NCBI GenBank assembly: GCA_002269645.1
Contig: NIVC01001246.1
Location: 1 to 64,000 of the forward strand
Reading direction: 5' to 3'
Length of the DNA: 64,000 bases
From: Macrostomum lignano
Taxonomy: Eukaryota
This document shows, piece after piece, positions 63,574 through 64,000 of this stretch. Position 1 is the stretch's first letter. Each line of letters begins with the position of its first letter. A model generated the notes under the pieces. It was not told the DNA's origin, did no database searches, and worked only from the letters and a program-made list of their open reading frames with translations. Both the position numbers and the translations under genes were made by a program.

Positions 63574-64000
63574 ATGAGTTCCAGTTGTAACAACTGTGGA
63601 TCAGAATTATTAGACAGGATTGACTCATTAACCATTCAGCTTGTCAAGATTTTCGATGGCGAGATTGCACCAGCAGAACCTGACATCGGCAGCACCTTGT
63701 GAGTTTTACTGTTTATACTAGTTAATAAGGGTGGTGTCAGCGTACTGTTAATGAAAAGTTTCTGTAATTATAGTTGTTATTACGAGTTTGTACTTTTTTA
63801 CTTTTTCAGGCCCAGCGCAAAGGCTTACTCACCTGAGTCATTTGAGTCAGAGTAAGTTTTTGCATTAGTCAAACCAGTTTTAGACTCGTTTTGGAACTGA
63901 CATACTGCAAAAAGTTTAGTCTAAAACTATTGTTTTTGCCAACTTTAACTCAATTTTATTCTTTAGACCATATGCGGACGAACCAATCAATATTTTAAAT
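63574..64000 (+). CDS. Coiled-coil gene, tandem copy 3 (runs off window); exons 63574-63698, 63810-63851, 63967-
   Basis: MSSSCNNCGSELLDRIDSLTIQLVKIFDG first exon, 42-nt second exon, same phase-2 junctions and the same conserved upstream region as copies 1 and 2. Confidence 0.8.

Overview
Eukaryotic (metazoan) genomic DNA with GT-AG introns, very rich in repeats and transposons. The style suggests a free-living flatworm such as Macrostomum, but that is inference only. Host genes reconstructed by hand: a partial Ig-domain gene, an ARM-TIR-SAM gene, an intronless divergent Cys-loop (nAChR-like) channel, a two-exon MARCH-type RING-CH E3 ligase, an intronless PAN + C-type-lectin protein, an orphan ORF, and several orphan coiled-coil genes. 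The coiled-coil genes are one 4-exon gene, two minus-strand paralogs built from a duplicated phase-2 exon module, and a plus-strand tandem triplication. Mobile DNA includes four related IS630/Tc1/mariner elements with ~150-bp TIRs and TA target duplications, one of them carrying an intact transposase with an unusual D-D-30-E triad. There are also MITEs, three tRNA-derived SINEs, Gypsy and LINE relics, and an apparently intact intron-containing Crypton tyrosine-recombinase element with a structured array of terminal repeats. The most striking unexplained signal is the octamer CCATAGAC/GTCTATGG. It forms the core of the Crypton terminal direct repeats, sits ~60-100 bp inside the TIRs of five different TA-flanked elements, and is in every unit of a 49-bp satellite. 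All coordinates were counted by eye and may be off by a few bases; no database searches were run.
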